A stretch of DNA of 64,000 nucleotides. Origin: Catajapyx aquilonaris. Lineage: Eukaryota. The position numbers and the translations under genes are program-made. Location of the stretch: NCBI GenBank assembly GCA_000934665.2, contig KZ538496.1, forward strand, positions 1-64,000. Reading direction: 5' to 3'. This document shows, in pieces, positions 31,019 through 44,976 of this stretch. The first letter of the stretch is position 1; each line of letters begins with the position of its first letter. The notes beneath the pieces were generated by a model. It had not been told where the DNA came from. It made no database searches and saw only the letters and a program-made list of their open reading frames with translations.

Positions 31019-34000
31019 ATGGACCAAAAGCAGCCTACTCTTGTAGCAAGGACGACTGCGGAGGAATATCTTCTCCAAAGAGCAGCGGAACATTCCCAGA
31101 AACCAGGTTCAGGACATATGTTGTCATGACTTAATACTTATCGCATGTGTTTACATTTATTGTCGTGTGAGTTACAACGTTGCATTTTCAGGTGTGTCGT
31201 CAATTCTCTGCTCGGTGGCGGAGAGGCTTCATAACCTGGAGATGGATGACGCCAGCATGGGGTCACGGACACTGACTGACCTGGACACTTACCCGTCCGA
31301 GGAGCGGTTTCCCACCTGCCCTTCATCGACTCCGAAGCAACCAAGCCACAGCTTGTTGAAAAACCCTCTCTCTGGTATCAACGGTTCAAAAAGAATTGTC
31401 CCTCGCGTCGAGCGGGCAGCCATGCGTCAGGATGAAAGGAACCAGTTAATTGACGCGTGGCTGCCCGCTCGACGCGAGGGACAATTCTTTTTGGACTGAT
31501 GATACATGCATTTGACCGGATGGGGAATCTACCGCAATATGCTGACATCCTTGTTTTTCGTTGCAGAACTAGAGTCTGAGATGGCATTGGCTGAGGACCG
31601 TTGCAACATCCTCCAGCAGCAGCTGAATGACATCAATGCCGTAGCCGAGCTGGCCAAGATTGTGCCTGCCGTTGGCTTCCCAACCGACCTCTCCCTGTCT
31701 GAATCAGAGCCAGGGACAGCCCTCACACAATCCCACACTGCTTCTGCTCCTGAATCATGCATCGAAGCCAAGAGGAAAGGCAAGAAGGCAACACAATCCC
31801 CTGTTGGCCTCCAGAACAATATCGCTGGGAAAGGCGATGTGGAACAGGAGTCGTGGTGTAGCATGGGAGCAGGCCAAGGGCAGTTCTCATACTCTGTGTC
31901 AGTCAGGTCAACGCGGGGTGATAAGTCACTCAAAGGAGCACGAAGCTGGACTGAAATACTGCAGGATGCGGCTGCAGCTGCAAAGAGCAGTGCCAAGTCT
32001 CATCCTGAAGGTCAAAGTGTGGCATCGTCGGTGGCGGAGCAAGACTCACTGCCAGACACGACAATAGACATGCGAGGGACTAAAAACAGTAAGGCAGAGG
32101 GCAGGTCCACTCACAGCCAGGACCACTCGCGAAACAGGTCAGCTGGAGCCCAGGGGCACTTCAGCGAAGGGCCGGGGTCGGAACAGACAGGACTGGCAGC
32201 ACCATCCTTGAGTGCGGATGACCCCACCAAGACTGCTTCCACTTCTTACAAGACGACAAGGGGTGGCCCTGGCGGAGAAGGGGGGTATCCGCAGGCAGAA
32301 CCAAAGGTCGCCGAAGGTGACGACTCTCCTCACACCAGCACAGAAGTTGAGAGCATTCAGGAGAATGTGGATTCAGCCTATCGGATTGACTCAGCCGAGG
32401 CCTTTGGAATGAGTAAGTTATTTTCTGGTAACATGGGGAACTGAACTCACGAGGGAACACCGCGAGTTAGTTCATTGGAGAAATTACTAAGTAATGGCAG
32501 TTCCTTTTGTTTCATGTTTAACAGGGGAGCCAGAGATGTACCACCCAACCACAAGCATTCCCTCTGATGGACCAGGAGTGTCCCAGAGGACCCACCACTC
32601 CAGCGCCCTGTCCCAGAGGACCCACCACTCCAGCGCCCTGCACCGGCAGCCCTCTGCCCATACAGTCGAAGGCAATGTGGCAATGGTGGAGCCTTACAGC
32701 TTTGTAGGTGAATCCTCCGAGTCCAACATAATCTCCAGCGCTCCTCTGATCAGCGTTTCTGAGGTCAATAATGTGGACATGCCGTGTGATTGCCAAGGCC
32801 ACCACCGACCCTCTCCATCAGTCCTGGCCAGTGCCATGAAGTCGAGAGTGTACCAGAAGATTGCTCAGCATAGGCAAGGAGCTGCCACAAAGCACAGGGC
32901 CTGGAGGCCACCTGGACGCTCCTGCAGCATTTCCCAGCGCCCCTTGGACCCAATTGACCACCGCGGATTTGCCCTCCCAACAAAGGCCAGCCTCCTGAAG
33001 AGGAGTGCTGAGGGTGCGTCTGAGGCCAGGCGGAGGAGGGCAGCTACTCGCCACTACCGCCTGAGGCTGAGGGACTTGCCCTTTGTTCTGGGAAGTGCGA
33101 TTGGTCCAAGCCATCACGTTGGGACAAACGTGCAGCAGGTGCGCTCAAGAGGTCTGTGCGCTCCCCTTGCATGGCTAACCCATTGATACTTGCAGGTGCT
33201 GGCAATGATGAAGACCCACCAGCGTCCTCTGTGCCGAGCTGCTGGGACTGCTTGCTGCTACCCACCACAAGCCATGCCTGGGTACAATGTGGCTGCTCCT
33301 TTACCACCACCCATGGTGCCCTCCGGTGGCGCGCCTGCTTTCCCTGCCCTTCGTAACGTGCGTGGATTCAACAGCAGGCCCCACTTCAAGAAACCGGTCG
33401 CCACCCAGGTGTACCAGCCCTCTGCCATTCCCCCTAAGGTGAACAAATCAGAGAGGGTGGTGATGGATGACGAGTGGGAGGAGGCGGATGAGGAGGAGGA
33501 GGTGGTCCTTGGGGAGGTGATGCCTGAAAAGAATCATGCAGTACCTCAGGCCGCTGTGAAATCCCAGGCCTCTTCTGGCAGAGTCCGCAGCAGGCAGCCA
33601 AACGAGGCCAAGGATCAACAGGACCGCATAAAGGAGCAGGTGACCTACCAGTACGTGCGCAAGAGGAGGAGGGAGCTCAGGAACCTGCTGCAGGTTCTCA
33701 CCCAAGAGTTTGCACACCTCAATGGGTGAGTTTGGATTCTCGTTAAATGAATTCGTGCGCCGCCATGGCAAGAGACATGCATACCTACGGTTCTGCATGT
33801 GTTACAGGAACTACAAGGAGCTGCAGAAGGCAGTGGTAGAGAACCCAGATGTGGTGAATCGGAATGACACCCAGGAGAAGTACGGGAAGTTGATGGAGGA
33901 CATTGGGGGCAAGATGGCAGACAAGGAGGAGCAGATATCCACCCTGAACAAGCTGTATGGAGATGTAAGTGTTGCATTGCAGAAGGTCATAAATTATGCC

Positions 34001-34506
34001 TGCTGTACCAGCACGAGATTCAGGTTCTGAAGCTAAAGCTTGACCTTGTTGTTGGCAACGGTGAATCTCAGCAATAAACAAGGTCAAACCCATGCCTGAA
34101 CTTGAATCAACAGACTTCTATGAAGAGTTGGATAAGTCCAGTGCCGGGATTCAATTCCATGGAGTAAGGAAAGAGATTTTTATAACGTGTTGGAATATGT
34201 CTTTTGCAGATGAAACGCATGCACCGCCGTCTGCGTCAGAGGTGCCGTGAACACCAGGACGAAGCCAGCAAGGCTGCTGATGCTCAGAGTAGGCCCAAGG
34301 GCCAAGCCATGGTGCAACCCAGGGTGGTCCCTGCCACCAACCCTGCTGGCTATGAGGATGGCGAAGGTGACGAATCCTCCATGCAAGACACCCTGTTTTC
34401 CAACGGGGCCGCTCAGGATTACAGTCCCTTCCACGTCCTGAGGGACATGAAGAACATACAGGACAGGCTCACTGGAGAGCCGCAGCCTGGATGGGCAACT
34501 CATTAA
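31019..34506 (+). CDS. CEP57: Centrosomal protein CEP57/translokin-like
   Basis: SILCSVAERLHNLEM, AEDRCNILQQQL, HYRLRLRDLPFVLGSAIGPSHHVGTNVQQ|VLAMMKTH, and MT-binding domain ELRNLLQVLTQEFAHLNG|NYKELQKAV...IGGKMADKEEQISTL and VLRDMKNIQDRL match CEP57 motifs in order. Start codon uncertain. Confidence 0.85.
31384..31496. repeat. Near-perfect ~45 bp inverted repeat inside a CEP57 intron
   Basis: CAAAAAGAATTGTCCCTCGCGTCGAGCGGGCAGCCATGCGTCA, ~21 nt loop, TGACGCGTGGCTGCCCGCTCGACGCGAGGGACAATTCTTTTTG. Confidence 0.95.
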
Positions 34507-35892
34507 TGCAACGACATCGGGAAATCATGATGAAAGAGTTACGGGAATGGGAACTTTTGTGACATACTCCACGCCAAGGCCTTTTTTTAAAAAAAACATG
34601 GGCCATCACTCTTAAAATGTTTTGTGTAAATAAATTTACAATGTGCCTGTGATGATTGCATTTTTTGCACTGATCTTCGGCGTCTTCGGTGTATAAGAAT
34701 ATTTTGACTCTCTTGAAATGGGCACTGACTGTGAGTGGATATATTATTAAGTTTTGTTTCAGTTTTGATAGCTACAAGAATACATGACAAAGGGGTTGAT
34801 TTCAAATATGTTCCTTGCAAATTGTTTCATGGTGACTCAGCTTGATTTCTCGTGATCCAAGTAAGGATGTTCAGCCGCTGCGTAAATTGCACATACAGAA
34901 AGGAGCATAATTTGCATTTGTGAGAACGTGCACCAGCAGAAGGATATTTTGTGAATGCAATATTTTGTATGGGTTTCCGTAGTTACTTGTGCTCCGTTAG
35001 TGGGAGAAAAACATAATTTTGGGAAAATAAATTATTGCTGGTTTAAATTTGCTTTATTCAAGCCTACATGCCGCCTACATTATGACTTTTATTTAGAATT
35101 TTTATACTCAAGCTGGAATTTCAGCCACGAAGAGGCCTGCTGGAATTTCTGAGATTCAAATGAAAATCATTCGCAAAAAAAAAAAAAAAATCAAAATGGC
35201 GTCCGCAGCGTTGCCAGAACCACACATTTCCATTAAAAAATCATATTCCATAAGCTATTAACGTGCACTCATATTTCAAATTTACTTATTGCAAAAACAT
35301 GGCTGATGTAATACATTTTAAAACATTGCGACTAATGTAATTGCGCGCCTGAATCTGCAGCCCTGAGCGTTCCATGCATCCGCCATCTTGATTTTTTTAT
35401 TTTCGAAGGCTCAGGAAGGCTCAGGAATCAGGTAAGGAATTCGCAATAATTTAACCCCCCAATCAGCCTAATTGTGCGATTAATTATCATATGGCAAGAA
35501 CAGGCACGCATCCTGCAGTACGTGCATTGCATAGGGAGCTGTTAATTAGTCCCAAATTCCGTCCCTACAAGTGTTACGCCACAGCATGTAATTATTAATC
35601 GTTATGAGAACGTTCCAAGAATCCTCAGGGTCATGAGCAGTGTTGTTAAGACGCCTAAGCGTCACATGCAGAGAGGATCTGCATTGGGTTGCGTCATCAC
35701 CACAAAGGTGCGGGTTACGATCAGTCAAACTTGGTGGTGGCTTCCATGGCGACTTCGCCTTGACAACATGTCGTCAAACGTGGCGGCGACAAACTTGTTC
35801 TGAAATCTTATTAGAACGGCAATGCACGCATTTTCCGTTTGCTGATTGATTTCTCTCTCTCCGCAGCTTGAGTTTTCCCATGGTTGTGTGCA

Positions 35893-38800
35893 ATGTCTGT
35901 GCACTACAAGTTCAAGTCTTCGTTGGAGTACAACACGGTCATATTTGATGGAGTACACATCCGTGTCGGGGACCTGAAGAAGTCCATTGTCCAGCAGAAG
36001 AAGCTTGGACGCAACAATGACTTCGACCTGCAAATCACGAATGCCCAGACGAAAGAGCGTAAGTTACGTTCACGACTCGGCATGTTTCATGTTAGATGTC
36101 AGAAAGCTGCAGTGTCCATGTAGCTCGTCACAGGCAGTGGTGCTAATGGTTATCTTTTTGGTTTATAGTTTACCTGGACGACTCCGTGCTGATTCCCAAG
36201 AACACGTCGCTAGTGGTGGCCCGAATTCCACTGACGTTACAAGAGAAGAAAGCACGGTATGTCCTAATTTATGACAGTTAGTGTGTCCGTTTAAAATGCT
36301 GTGAAATGACGCCAACATCTATTCCATTTTTCAGGGAGCGCTTAGAATCAAACCATCATCATCAACCAGGTTCAATCAACAGGGCCGTATGTACAATAAA
36401 ATTATTAACTTTTTCATATGGTACTTGTGGTGTAACTTTGTTTTGTTGAAAGAGGTGTCATGCGCAGCATAAGAATATTGCTAATTTTTTTTCTCATTTT
36501 ACGTTAATACTGCCGATAGATACTGCTGTTACATGTGATATACATGTAATTTACAATACATCGTTTAGTCAGGCCATGAAAGCCATCCAGTGAGAACTTA
36601 CATTTCCGTTCAGTTTTGTCGGTCAGTGTAATCCAACAAACCTCTCAAGCGTATCGTTTATTGTTAGGTGATAGTGGGCATGGTGCAAATTGCATGAAAG
36701 GCTGGCATTTTAGTGTCATCTAGAGCAAATGCTGAGTTGAATTTGCATCAGTTGCTGAACGATTTACCGCTGTACAAGGTGTTTCCTGCATAAATGATTC
36801 TCTGGTGCTCTGGAATTACTAGTTTTTTCAGAATCTTCATGAAACACCTTGTACACCAACATTCTGTTTCATAATGAAACGTACAAGTCAGGATAGCTCA
36901 ATTAATGCAGTTGAATCTGGATATAAGAGCCTCGGCTATAACAGATGTTCGGTTATAATATTCTCGAAAGGCCGGTCCCGGCATACTTCCATAAATGGTT
37001 GTGTATTCGGCTGTAACAGACCTTGGTTGATTTCCATGGTCCCTTGAAGTCTGTTATATTCGGATTCAACTGTACCTTATTTGATGGAGCTTATGAAGTT
37101 GCTTTTTAGACTCAGAAATTTTCCAAGTTTTCATTTTGTCATACACTTTAAATTTGCGTTAATGTATGAGTTGGGGAAGTCTAAAAAGGGGATTTTCTAA
37201 TGAAATTGTTTTGGCGTTGTCAGTGAAAAGTAATGCTCGTAAGCATCTACTGAAGGGCTGGGAATGAAGATGTTGACCACTTTATGCTTAAGTGTTAAAA
37301 TAAAGAAAAATAACACCTAACGTAGATAAGGCAGCCATTGAAGTAACTTCCTATGATGCTGATTAATAAATTTTAAGACTTGAAAGATTCATAACGATAA
37401 TATTTTGAATGGTATTTACCTCTTCATGTGGTATCTGTTGCCTCTGTGACATGCCCGTTGAAATGCAAGTGAATATGCTATTTTTGTATTTTTGTACTTT
37501 TCTATCATTGTGGGTGTTACATATTTCTGAAAAATAAAGTAATGCCCAGATAACATTTCCATGCCAGTAGTGCACTTGACAGAGTTTGTCCTCTGATGGT
37601 GATTCTTTTTTAGGCAACGATGCAGACTTATTGTTCCATCCACAGTTGTTACCTACTTTTGAAGGATTCTTTAGCATCTTTTTTTTCTTCTTCTTCTTAC
37701 TATTGATTACCTAGATTACCAAATTGTGCCTTTTATTAATTTTAACCATCTGCAAACGTGAGGTACTTAGGTTCTCATAGTAGGGCGCATTCAGGTAAGG
37801 CCGTGAATGGGATCTGTCTTGGGCCACGAGAAGGGCTACGTCTGGCCTGTTACGGTAGTTTCAACCTTGGCACTGATGGGACAGTATGTTGTAGCTGCAT
37901 TTGAAGAGAAAAAAATCAAAACTATCTTTGATGATGATGAGGCAGATTACATTCACATGCGAGACCGAGGCTTTAAGCCAAAAGGTAATAATTAAGAAAG
38001 GTTAATAGTTGTATAAAATGTACATCAATCAGGTGTCCCCTGACTTTTTTTTTTTTCTCGATACTCTGATACTAAAAATACCGAATCAATTAAGTGAAAC
38101 CTCGAAATTCTTTGTTACACAGTAAGGAATTGAGAAGCCTGGTCTTACTAGATCATAGCAATAATTATTATTGTAGGCTAACCTGCTAGATCATTATGGA
38201 GAAAATAAGTCATTTTGTGATGGCAGAGTTAATTATAATTTGTTTTTCAGCTACATCACAAAAGAAGGAATTTAGTCAATAAGAGTTATTCACCTAAATT
38301 TCCAACATTAAAGTCAGCAATAAATACTCTGAAATGGAAAGAGTTCTGTTTTTTGCCCAGCAAATCATTTTGGATTTTGTCCTATTCACCTAAATGCGTA
38401 GGACTCTGCTTTCTTGTTGATTTAAAAGCAGTGTACGTAATAACAACCAATTTCGGGGGCTGACTATCGTCAACTCCTTCCGACGTCGAGCGCTACCATT
38501 CATGTGTAATTGCTGTACGCCGTGAACTATCAACAGCACCTTCACTTTGTGCATAAGCTGACAACTTGTTGTATGGAATGTTTCTGATTGTTCACAGTTC
38601 AGTGTTTCCCAAACCATTTGAGTGGCAACCCAGAATATGACACTTTTCCCAATTTGGCTACCCGTAGATTTAGTCATTTCTCATAAGTCGCAATAAATGA
38701 AGCTCCTTGTTTGCAATTATTTTGTCGCCCTGAAATTTTCCCCGAGACCTTCCTGCGACTCACAATCACCCAATATGCATTGGGGTTGCCAGGTTTGGGA

Positions 38801-41800
38801 ACCACTGTCACAGGTCGTCGTCTGCAACGTTCTCTGGGTGTATATTTTTACATGATTTAGTTCAGAGAGTTGCGTAAATACAATTTTGAGCTATGGGAAC
38901 TTCCGAAAATTTTATTTTCTTATACGAGTAATTTGGTTGTATTTTTTGCACCAGGCGTCATATTGTAATGCATAAATTGTGTTACTTTTTGTGTCCTGGC
39001 CTTGACTGCATGCATGTAATGTGACAGAAACCATGCTTTTTTCAGACCACTACCGATGAATTTTTTTTTCCCCCATTCCCCTTATGTTGCACCCTTCTTC
39101 CTCTTGCGTGCGAAACGTTGCTGGAGATGCTCTCACTGTGGCCGCAGTGTACTAGTGGGAGAAGGGGCAGTGGGTTATTAAAAAGCGTGCAGGAGGATGA
39201 GAGGTGGTTCCAGGTCGGCCCCCGCGATGACGGATAACAATGCACATGAAAATTTGTTGTCACATGCATGCCCACTCTGCACTTTGTAGATGTGCCTTTT
39301 AGTTTACAGGTTCTGCATTTTCATGTGACCATGAAATGTAACTTTGCTGGTTGTATGCGTGCCGTTGTAATTGTTCGCATTGTTTCCTTTAATTCTTTTC
39401 TGACGTTCCTCACATGTAAAGTCATGTAAACTGTGGTGCAAAATAAAGGTGACACACCCACTTTTCACCTGCAAGTCAGAACTAAATGAAGGGACAGAGA
39501 GAGAGAGAAAAAAAAAAGATTGAAGTAATCTCGTGTCTGTGGATTGTCCATCACTTGTTTCCTTTTCTATTGAACAGCGCGATGCAACAGGTGAAAGCCA
39601 AAGCCCTGGCCTTTACAAATTGTCACAGGTATGTCACTCTGCTTTCCTTCGCTTCCTTCATGATTATCGTAGTCATCACGCTTACCTTGCATCCTATGGT
39701 AAGACACCCCCGTTTGCTTCTCTAAGCGTAATGGTAGTTTTTTTTTTGTTGCATTGTGTTTTATGCGCACAACTGAATTGGGTTTTCGTCTTTAGAGGGA
39801 AATCTGCCTAACGATCAAGTGGGATCCATAGCAGCAACCCACTTTGGCAGGAAGACGTTATTACTTTTTGAAGATATAACTCCGGGTTTTATTGTAGGAT
39901 ACAAGTTATGCGGTGTCATAGTTTTGAATTTGGCATCCCACATGAACTTTTTAGATGAACAAATAGTATTGTTATGCTTATGCTTGTATGAACTTGACGA
40001 GTCTTATTGAGGCCGTCTTGCTCTGGAGCTAAGATGGTAGTAAAAGTAAATGGAAATGCAATATGTCATGTTTTTTTGGTACGGTGGCATGTTTACCCAG
40101 TGTGATTGCTCGAGACGTGTAGCCTGACATTTTGCTATCAATTGTAGGCGGTGGACTTGTCTAGCATGGACGCCAGTGAAGATGAGAAGATCAAGGCAAT
40201 GATGTCTCAGTCGACACAAGATTATGATCCTTCACGGTAAGAACTAACTCTTATTATAACGTAGGTGAATAAATGATCTCCGGTTTGTAAAAGTCACTGA
40301 CGCTTCTTAGCTCTGTATTGAACCGCTGGCAGATAAGGAAAGATATTTAATCGATTTAAACCTCCATTGCACATGAATAACAAGTTTTGTGGCCTTGTAA
40401 TCCTTTGATGTGTATATGGCCTCCTCTTTCTTCAGGTACCTGAGGATCCGTGGAGCCAGCCAGATCGGACAAGTTCCGACCAACTACCGATGCTACAAGT
40501 GCCACCAGCCTGGCCACTGGATCAGACAGTGTCCATTCAACCAGGTACGAAATTTAATGTTTGCCCAGTTACAGCAGTTGTATAACGTGGTATCATTAAC
40601 AAAAAAATAATAATTAATATTACTTGTGTGTTGCAAAACAAGCTGTGCGTCCTAGCATACAAGTGTAATTGGATGCTGGAGTGGACCATTTTCAGCATGT
40701 TATGCTCTAGGCAGACTTTGTTGTTAAGTACAGTACTTGTCAATTGTCATAGGGAGCCATACAATAATTAAAAAGGTTATTGATGAATGTTTGGGTTTCC
40801 TAGCGAGTGAATAACCTTGCATATTGCCAGCCTTTTTGTCACACTGCAACCTCCTCTTCTTTTTTTTTTGCGTGCAGGAATCCTTGGACATAAAGAAGGC
40901 CACAGGCATTCCAAGGAGCTTCATGGTTCCAGTGGAAGGCCCTGAGGTTCCCGGGGCTATGATTACTCCCACTGGTCACTTTGCAGTGCCCGCGGTGGAC
41001 CAGTAAGTAGCTTTGTACTTAGGCAGTGTAATCATAGGTGTACCGAGTAATGTAACTTCACATGATCTCTCTGCAGCGAGGCGTACAAAGAGCAGAAGAA
41101 GGAGAAACAGCCTGAAAAGCCGCCTCCAGAGGAGAAGCCGGAGATCCCTGAAGATCTGCGCTGCAATGTGTGCAGCGGTCTTCTTGACGATGCCGTCTTG
41201 ACTCCGTGCTGCGGTGAATCCTTCTGTGACGAATGTAAGTTGTCTGATTTCACCTCGGGGCAGGGAACTGACAATGGCTTGCACTTCTGTATGATCGACA
41301 GAGCTGGTCCGTGATGTAGCATCATAACTTTATGTTGCTTGTTGTGCATATGCCAGTACTGACTTAGGATTTTAAACAATTGAATTAAATTGTAATAGCA
41401 AGAAAACACGTCATTGATGTGAGCCTGAATGTTACAAGTGAAACTGTGCTAATTGGTCTCCTTATGGGCAGGTGTAAGGACAGTCCTGCTGGAATCGGAG
41501 GAGCACCAGTGCCCCAAGTGCAAGGAGAAGGACGTGTCGCCAGACACGCTGATCCCCAACAGGTTCCTCAGGAATGCCGTCAACAACTTCAAGAATGAGA
41601 CAGGCTACGGCAAGAAGGTCGAGCCGGTGGTAACTGAGCCACCGCCGGAGCCACCAGTGGAAGAGGAAGTTCCTGCGGTTGAAGACTCACATGCAATTGA
41701 AGACTCGCCTGCTCAAGTGAAGTTGGGTAAGGGTTGAAAATTACACTTGCTTTTAAGATGGTTGGCTTCAACATGAGCATGTGAATTGTAATCCACATTA

Positions 41801-44772
41801 ATGTTTGCCTTCATTTTCAGACGAATCAATTGATGAGGTGGATGTGGAGAGCACTCCGGACCAAGCCGGGATAGATGGCAGCTCCCCTGAACCGGGTCCT
41901 CCGCCTGTGATCATCCATTTGCCGGACATGTCAGTGCCTCCCCCAAATCTCGGCCGCTCGATCCCATCTTTGGCCAGTGACGTTCCAAAGCCAATCCCAC
42001 CCCTCATGCCCGAAAGGGTGGCAAGGGTGACTCCGGTTGGGGGTTACGACCGGCACCACTACCCGCCCAGCTACTTTTCACTGCCCAATTTTAGGCAGCC
42101 TCCACCTCCGGTGGCCGCAGCATACATGAGCGTAGAGAGAGGGAGGGAACATTCAGGTAGGTGTTGGCACTATTGTGGTCATTCTGCATAGCTAAGTGCT
42201 ATTTCCATCCGTCTTCTCTTATTCCAGGTATGCACCGCGGATCACCGTATTCCACGACGGACTACTATCCATTTGGTCGCCATTCAGGTAGTTTATTCAA
42301 GCATCTTTTTTGGAAGCAAGCTCAAGTTTCGATTGTGGATTTTTCAGGTTACGGCAACAGGACGTGGTACAACAAGAATCATCATCCAGGACATGAGTAT
42401 CGTGAGTGTCACTTATGCTGGAGTCGACCCCATGCTTGATTCGTAAAAGGACGTTTATTTACCCTTCCTTTTTTTATTTTCACAGGCTCGTACCGCACTC
42501 CACCACAGGGAGGAAGGACGTACAGCCACTCGTAAGGCGTTTAGTTGCTTTCCATTTTCAATTGCACAGCTGTACTATTGCCGCCTATTTTATTTTAGCA
42601 GCACCATCGATGATCCACTGGCGGCATTCCAACGCTTGATGCGCGAGAAGGATGCAAGAGATGGCAAGATGAAGGTCCACTACTCCAGGCACCGCCACCA
42701 CTCTAGGTCGTGGAGCCGCTCTCCGCGTCCAAGGTCCTTCTCACGGTCCCAGTCCAGGTCACCTCGATCACACGCGAGGAGGACACGGTCGAGATCTCGC
42801 AGTGCACGCAAAACCAGGTCTAGGACCAGGACCAGGTCGCCCTCACGGAGCAGGTCCAACACTCATTCCTTCAGCCCATCCGTCAGTCCCGATTCACCAA
42901 CACAGCACAAGAAGCAGCAACCGCTGAAGCCACCGTCAAAGTCACCACCTCCAGTCTCCAGGTAATAGCCGTCACAGTCCTTGAACCTTCAGTTCAAATC
43001 TTGATTGCAATCGTGTCGAGTGTTAGTCCAAGTTAACAACACGTGTCAATTTGGCACCGTTATTTCCAGGTACCTGAAGAAGTACGAATTCAGGCCTCCT
43101 GATTATGAGAAGTACTACTCGCACCAGTCGCCAGGAAGGGGACATTACAATGAACAAGCACGTGACTACTATACACCCGAGACCTACAGGTATGTTGTCA
43201 CATACATTGCATTGTTGGGGCAAAAGATTCCAGGCCCCGCTCTGAGCAAATTGTTGTTTGTCGGTAAAACATGAGTCAAGTTAATTGAAATATTTACACT
43301 GTTGCTCCATTTCCTCCTGCAGCAAGTACCACGACTCATACTATGGGCATGGAAGCGAGACAAGGCATAACGCCAGAGCCAGCACGAGGTACGACTCTGC
43401 GTACTTTAGCTACGAAGAGCAAGACATGCCTCCGGACGTGAGGGACCAGAAGCAGCACTATGACGCTTTTGGGGACCATCCCCGTGCCAGCTCGCACCAA
43501 AAGGAATACCTGCCTGACAGTACAATGGCCGATGAAGACAGGCAGGGTTCACCTCCCAAGCGTCAGTTGACCCCAGAAGCCAAAAAAGAGGTCCAAGAGG
43601 AGACGGGCGAAAAAGACGCAAAGAGAAAGAAACGGGCGCATAGTCAGGAGGAATTGGTTGCCTCCGTTCCAGAGAAGCAGCCCGTGCCTGTTGTTGAAAA
43701 GGTGGCGGAAGAAAAGAAACAAAAGGAGGAGGCGGAAGACGAGAAGGAGGAGGAAGAGGAGAAGCAGGCGAAGCCAAAGAAGAAAAAGAAGAACAAGCGG
43801 CACAAGTCAGGAGACTCGGGGAAGCACAAGAAGAAGAAGCGGAGCAAGAAGGTGGTGAAATCATCCCAGGAAGCAAACGTCACCACTGCTCTGAAAGCGG
43901 AGGTCAAAGAAACTAAACCACCGAGTCCCCAAGAGCAGGAAGTCGCTCCGCCAGCAAACGAGAACAAGCCCGAGCCCATCAAGAAACCTGCCCCAGTAAT
44001 GATGGTCGTGCCGTTGGTTCCGATTCCGGTAATGAAGGTCAATCCAGTGGTTCCGGTTCCAGAACTGTCGAAGTGGGAGCGGGAAGAAACCGTGCCACCA
44101 GCGAGGGACCAAGTGACCGCCAAAACACAGGTGTCCTCAAGAGTGGTCACTCCAGAGGTGCTGAAGATGGCCGAGAACGCCATTTTCCAGAAGAGGCATC
44201 TCCAGCCCAAGGCAGCGAGCGTGTCCACTGAGGCACCCAAGACGATCAAGATCACCGTTCCGTCAGACAGGGACGGCAGATCAGTTGCCATTTCCGGGTC
44301 CAGGAAGTCCGCTAAGGAACGGTTGGGCAAGGTAGTAACCGAAGACACTCCAAAGACGGAGGAGACCAAAGTGCAAGGCAGCGTCGAGAAGCCTACCTCA
44401 AAGGAGTTGCCAGAGAAGAAGAAGTCTCACGCCACGAACAAGTCCAAGGGCAAAAAGGAGAGCAAGCACGGGAAGAGGAAGCAAGCTCAGAAGGCTGAAG
44501 CTGGGAAGTCAAAGAGCAAGAAGGAATCGAAAGATGAGAAGTCGAGGAAACCTGCAAAGAAGAGCCTCGAGTCCAGCGAGTCTTCAGACGACTCGAAGAG
44601 CCACGTCGTGGAAAAGGCAAAGAAGAAGAAGAAGCGTAAGAAGAAGCACGTGTCCAGTTCGGATTCCAGTTCTGATAGCGATTCCAGCGATTCAGAGTAC
44701 GAGAAGCAGCGGAAGCGCAAGAAGAAGGCTGCCCACGGCACCAAGAAATCCAAGAAGTCTAAGCGCAAGTAA
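35893..44772 (+). CDS. RBBP6: E3 ubiquitin ligase RBBP6 (SNAMA/Mpe1 family)
   Basis: DWNN domain (MSVHYKFKSS...LIPKNTSLVVARIP), micro-exon 39578-39628, ASEDEKIKAMMSQS, CCHC knuckle CYKCHQPGHWIRQCP, IKKATGIPRSFM, RING IPEDLRCNVC...PCCGESFCDEC...CPKC, RS region, Lys-rich tail. Confidence 0.97.
36775..36851. mobile_element. Tiny Tc1/mariner-type MITE
   Basis: TA|CAAGGTGTTTC ... GAAACACCTTG|TA. Confidence 0.55.
36908..37072. mobile_element. pogo/Tigger-like MITE (related fragments at ~4265-4340 and ~27285-27425)
   Basis: CAGTTGAATCTGGATATAA ... TTATATTCGGATTCAACTG|TA, with internal GCTATAACAGA repeats shared with the other fragments. Confidence 0.7.
38600..38807. mobile_element. hAT-family MITE in RBBP6 intron 3
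   Basis: TIR CAGTGTTTCCCAAACC / GGTTTGGGAACCACTG; 8 bp flanks TCACAGTT and TCACAGGT (7/8 TSD). Confidence 0.8.
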
Positions 44773-44976
44773 ACTGCGAGTGTGCATAACCTTTGATTGT
44801 TGTTGTTCTGTTCCTTTCTTGTGTTAAACATTGATGTAATAGGATGAAAGTGTACAGTCATTTAGTTTTTTAAAGGAAATGATGAACGGTTGTCACACTG
44901 TCATTGAGAAAATATACGGCTGTGAACAGTTCGACACTCGTATTTAATTTCTTTTATACAATTTGTTTCCAGCATT

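Noticed and set aside
43644..44369. Long antisense ORFs over RBBP6 (also over Nopp140 13651-14220 and macoilin 5997-6614)
   Set aside because: Expected from low-complexity K/E/S/G-rich sense coding; no independent homology.
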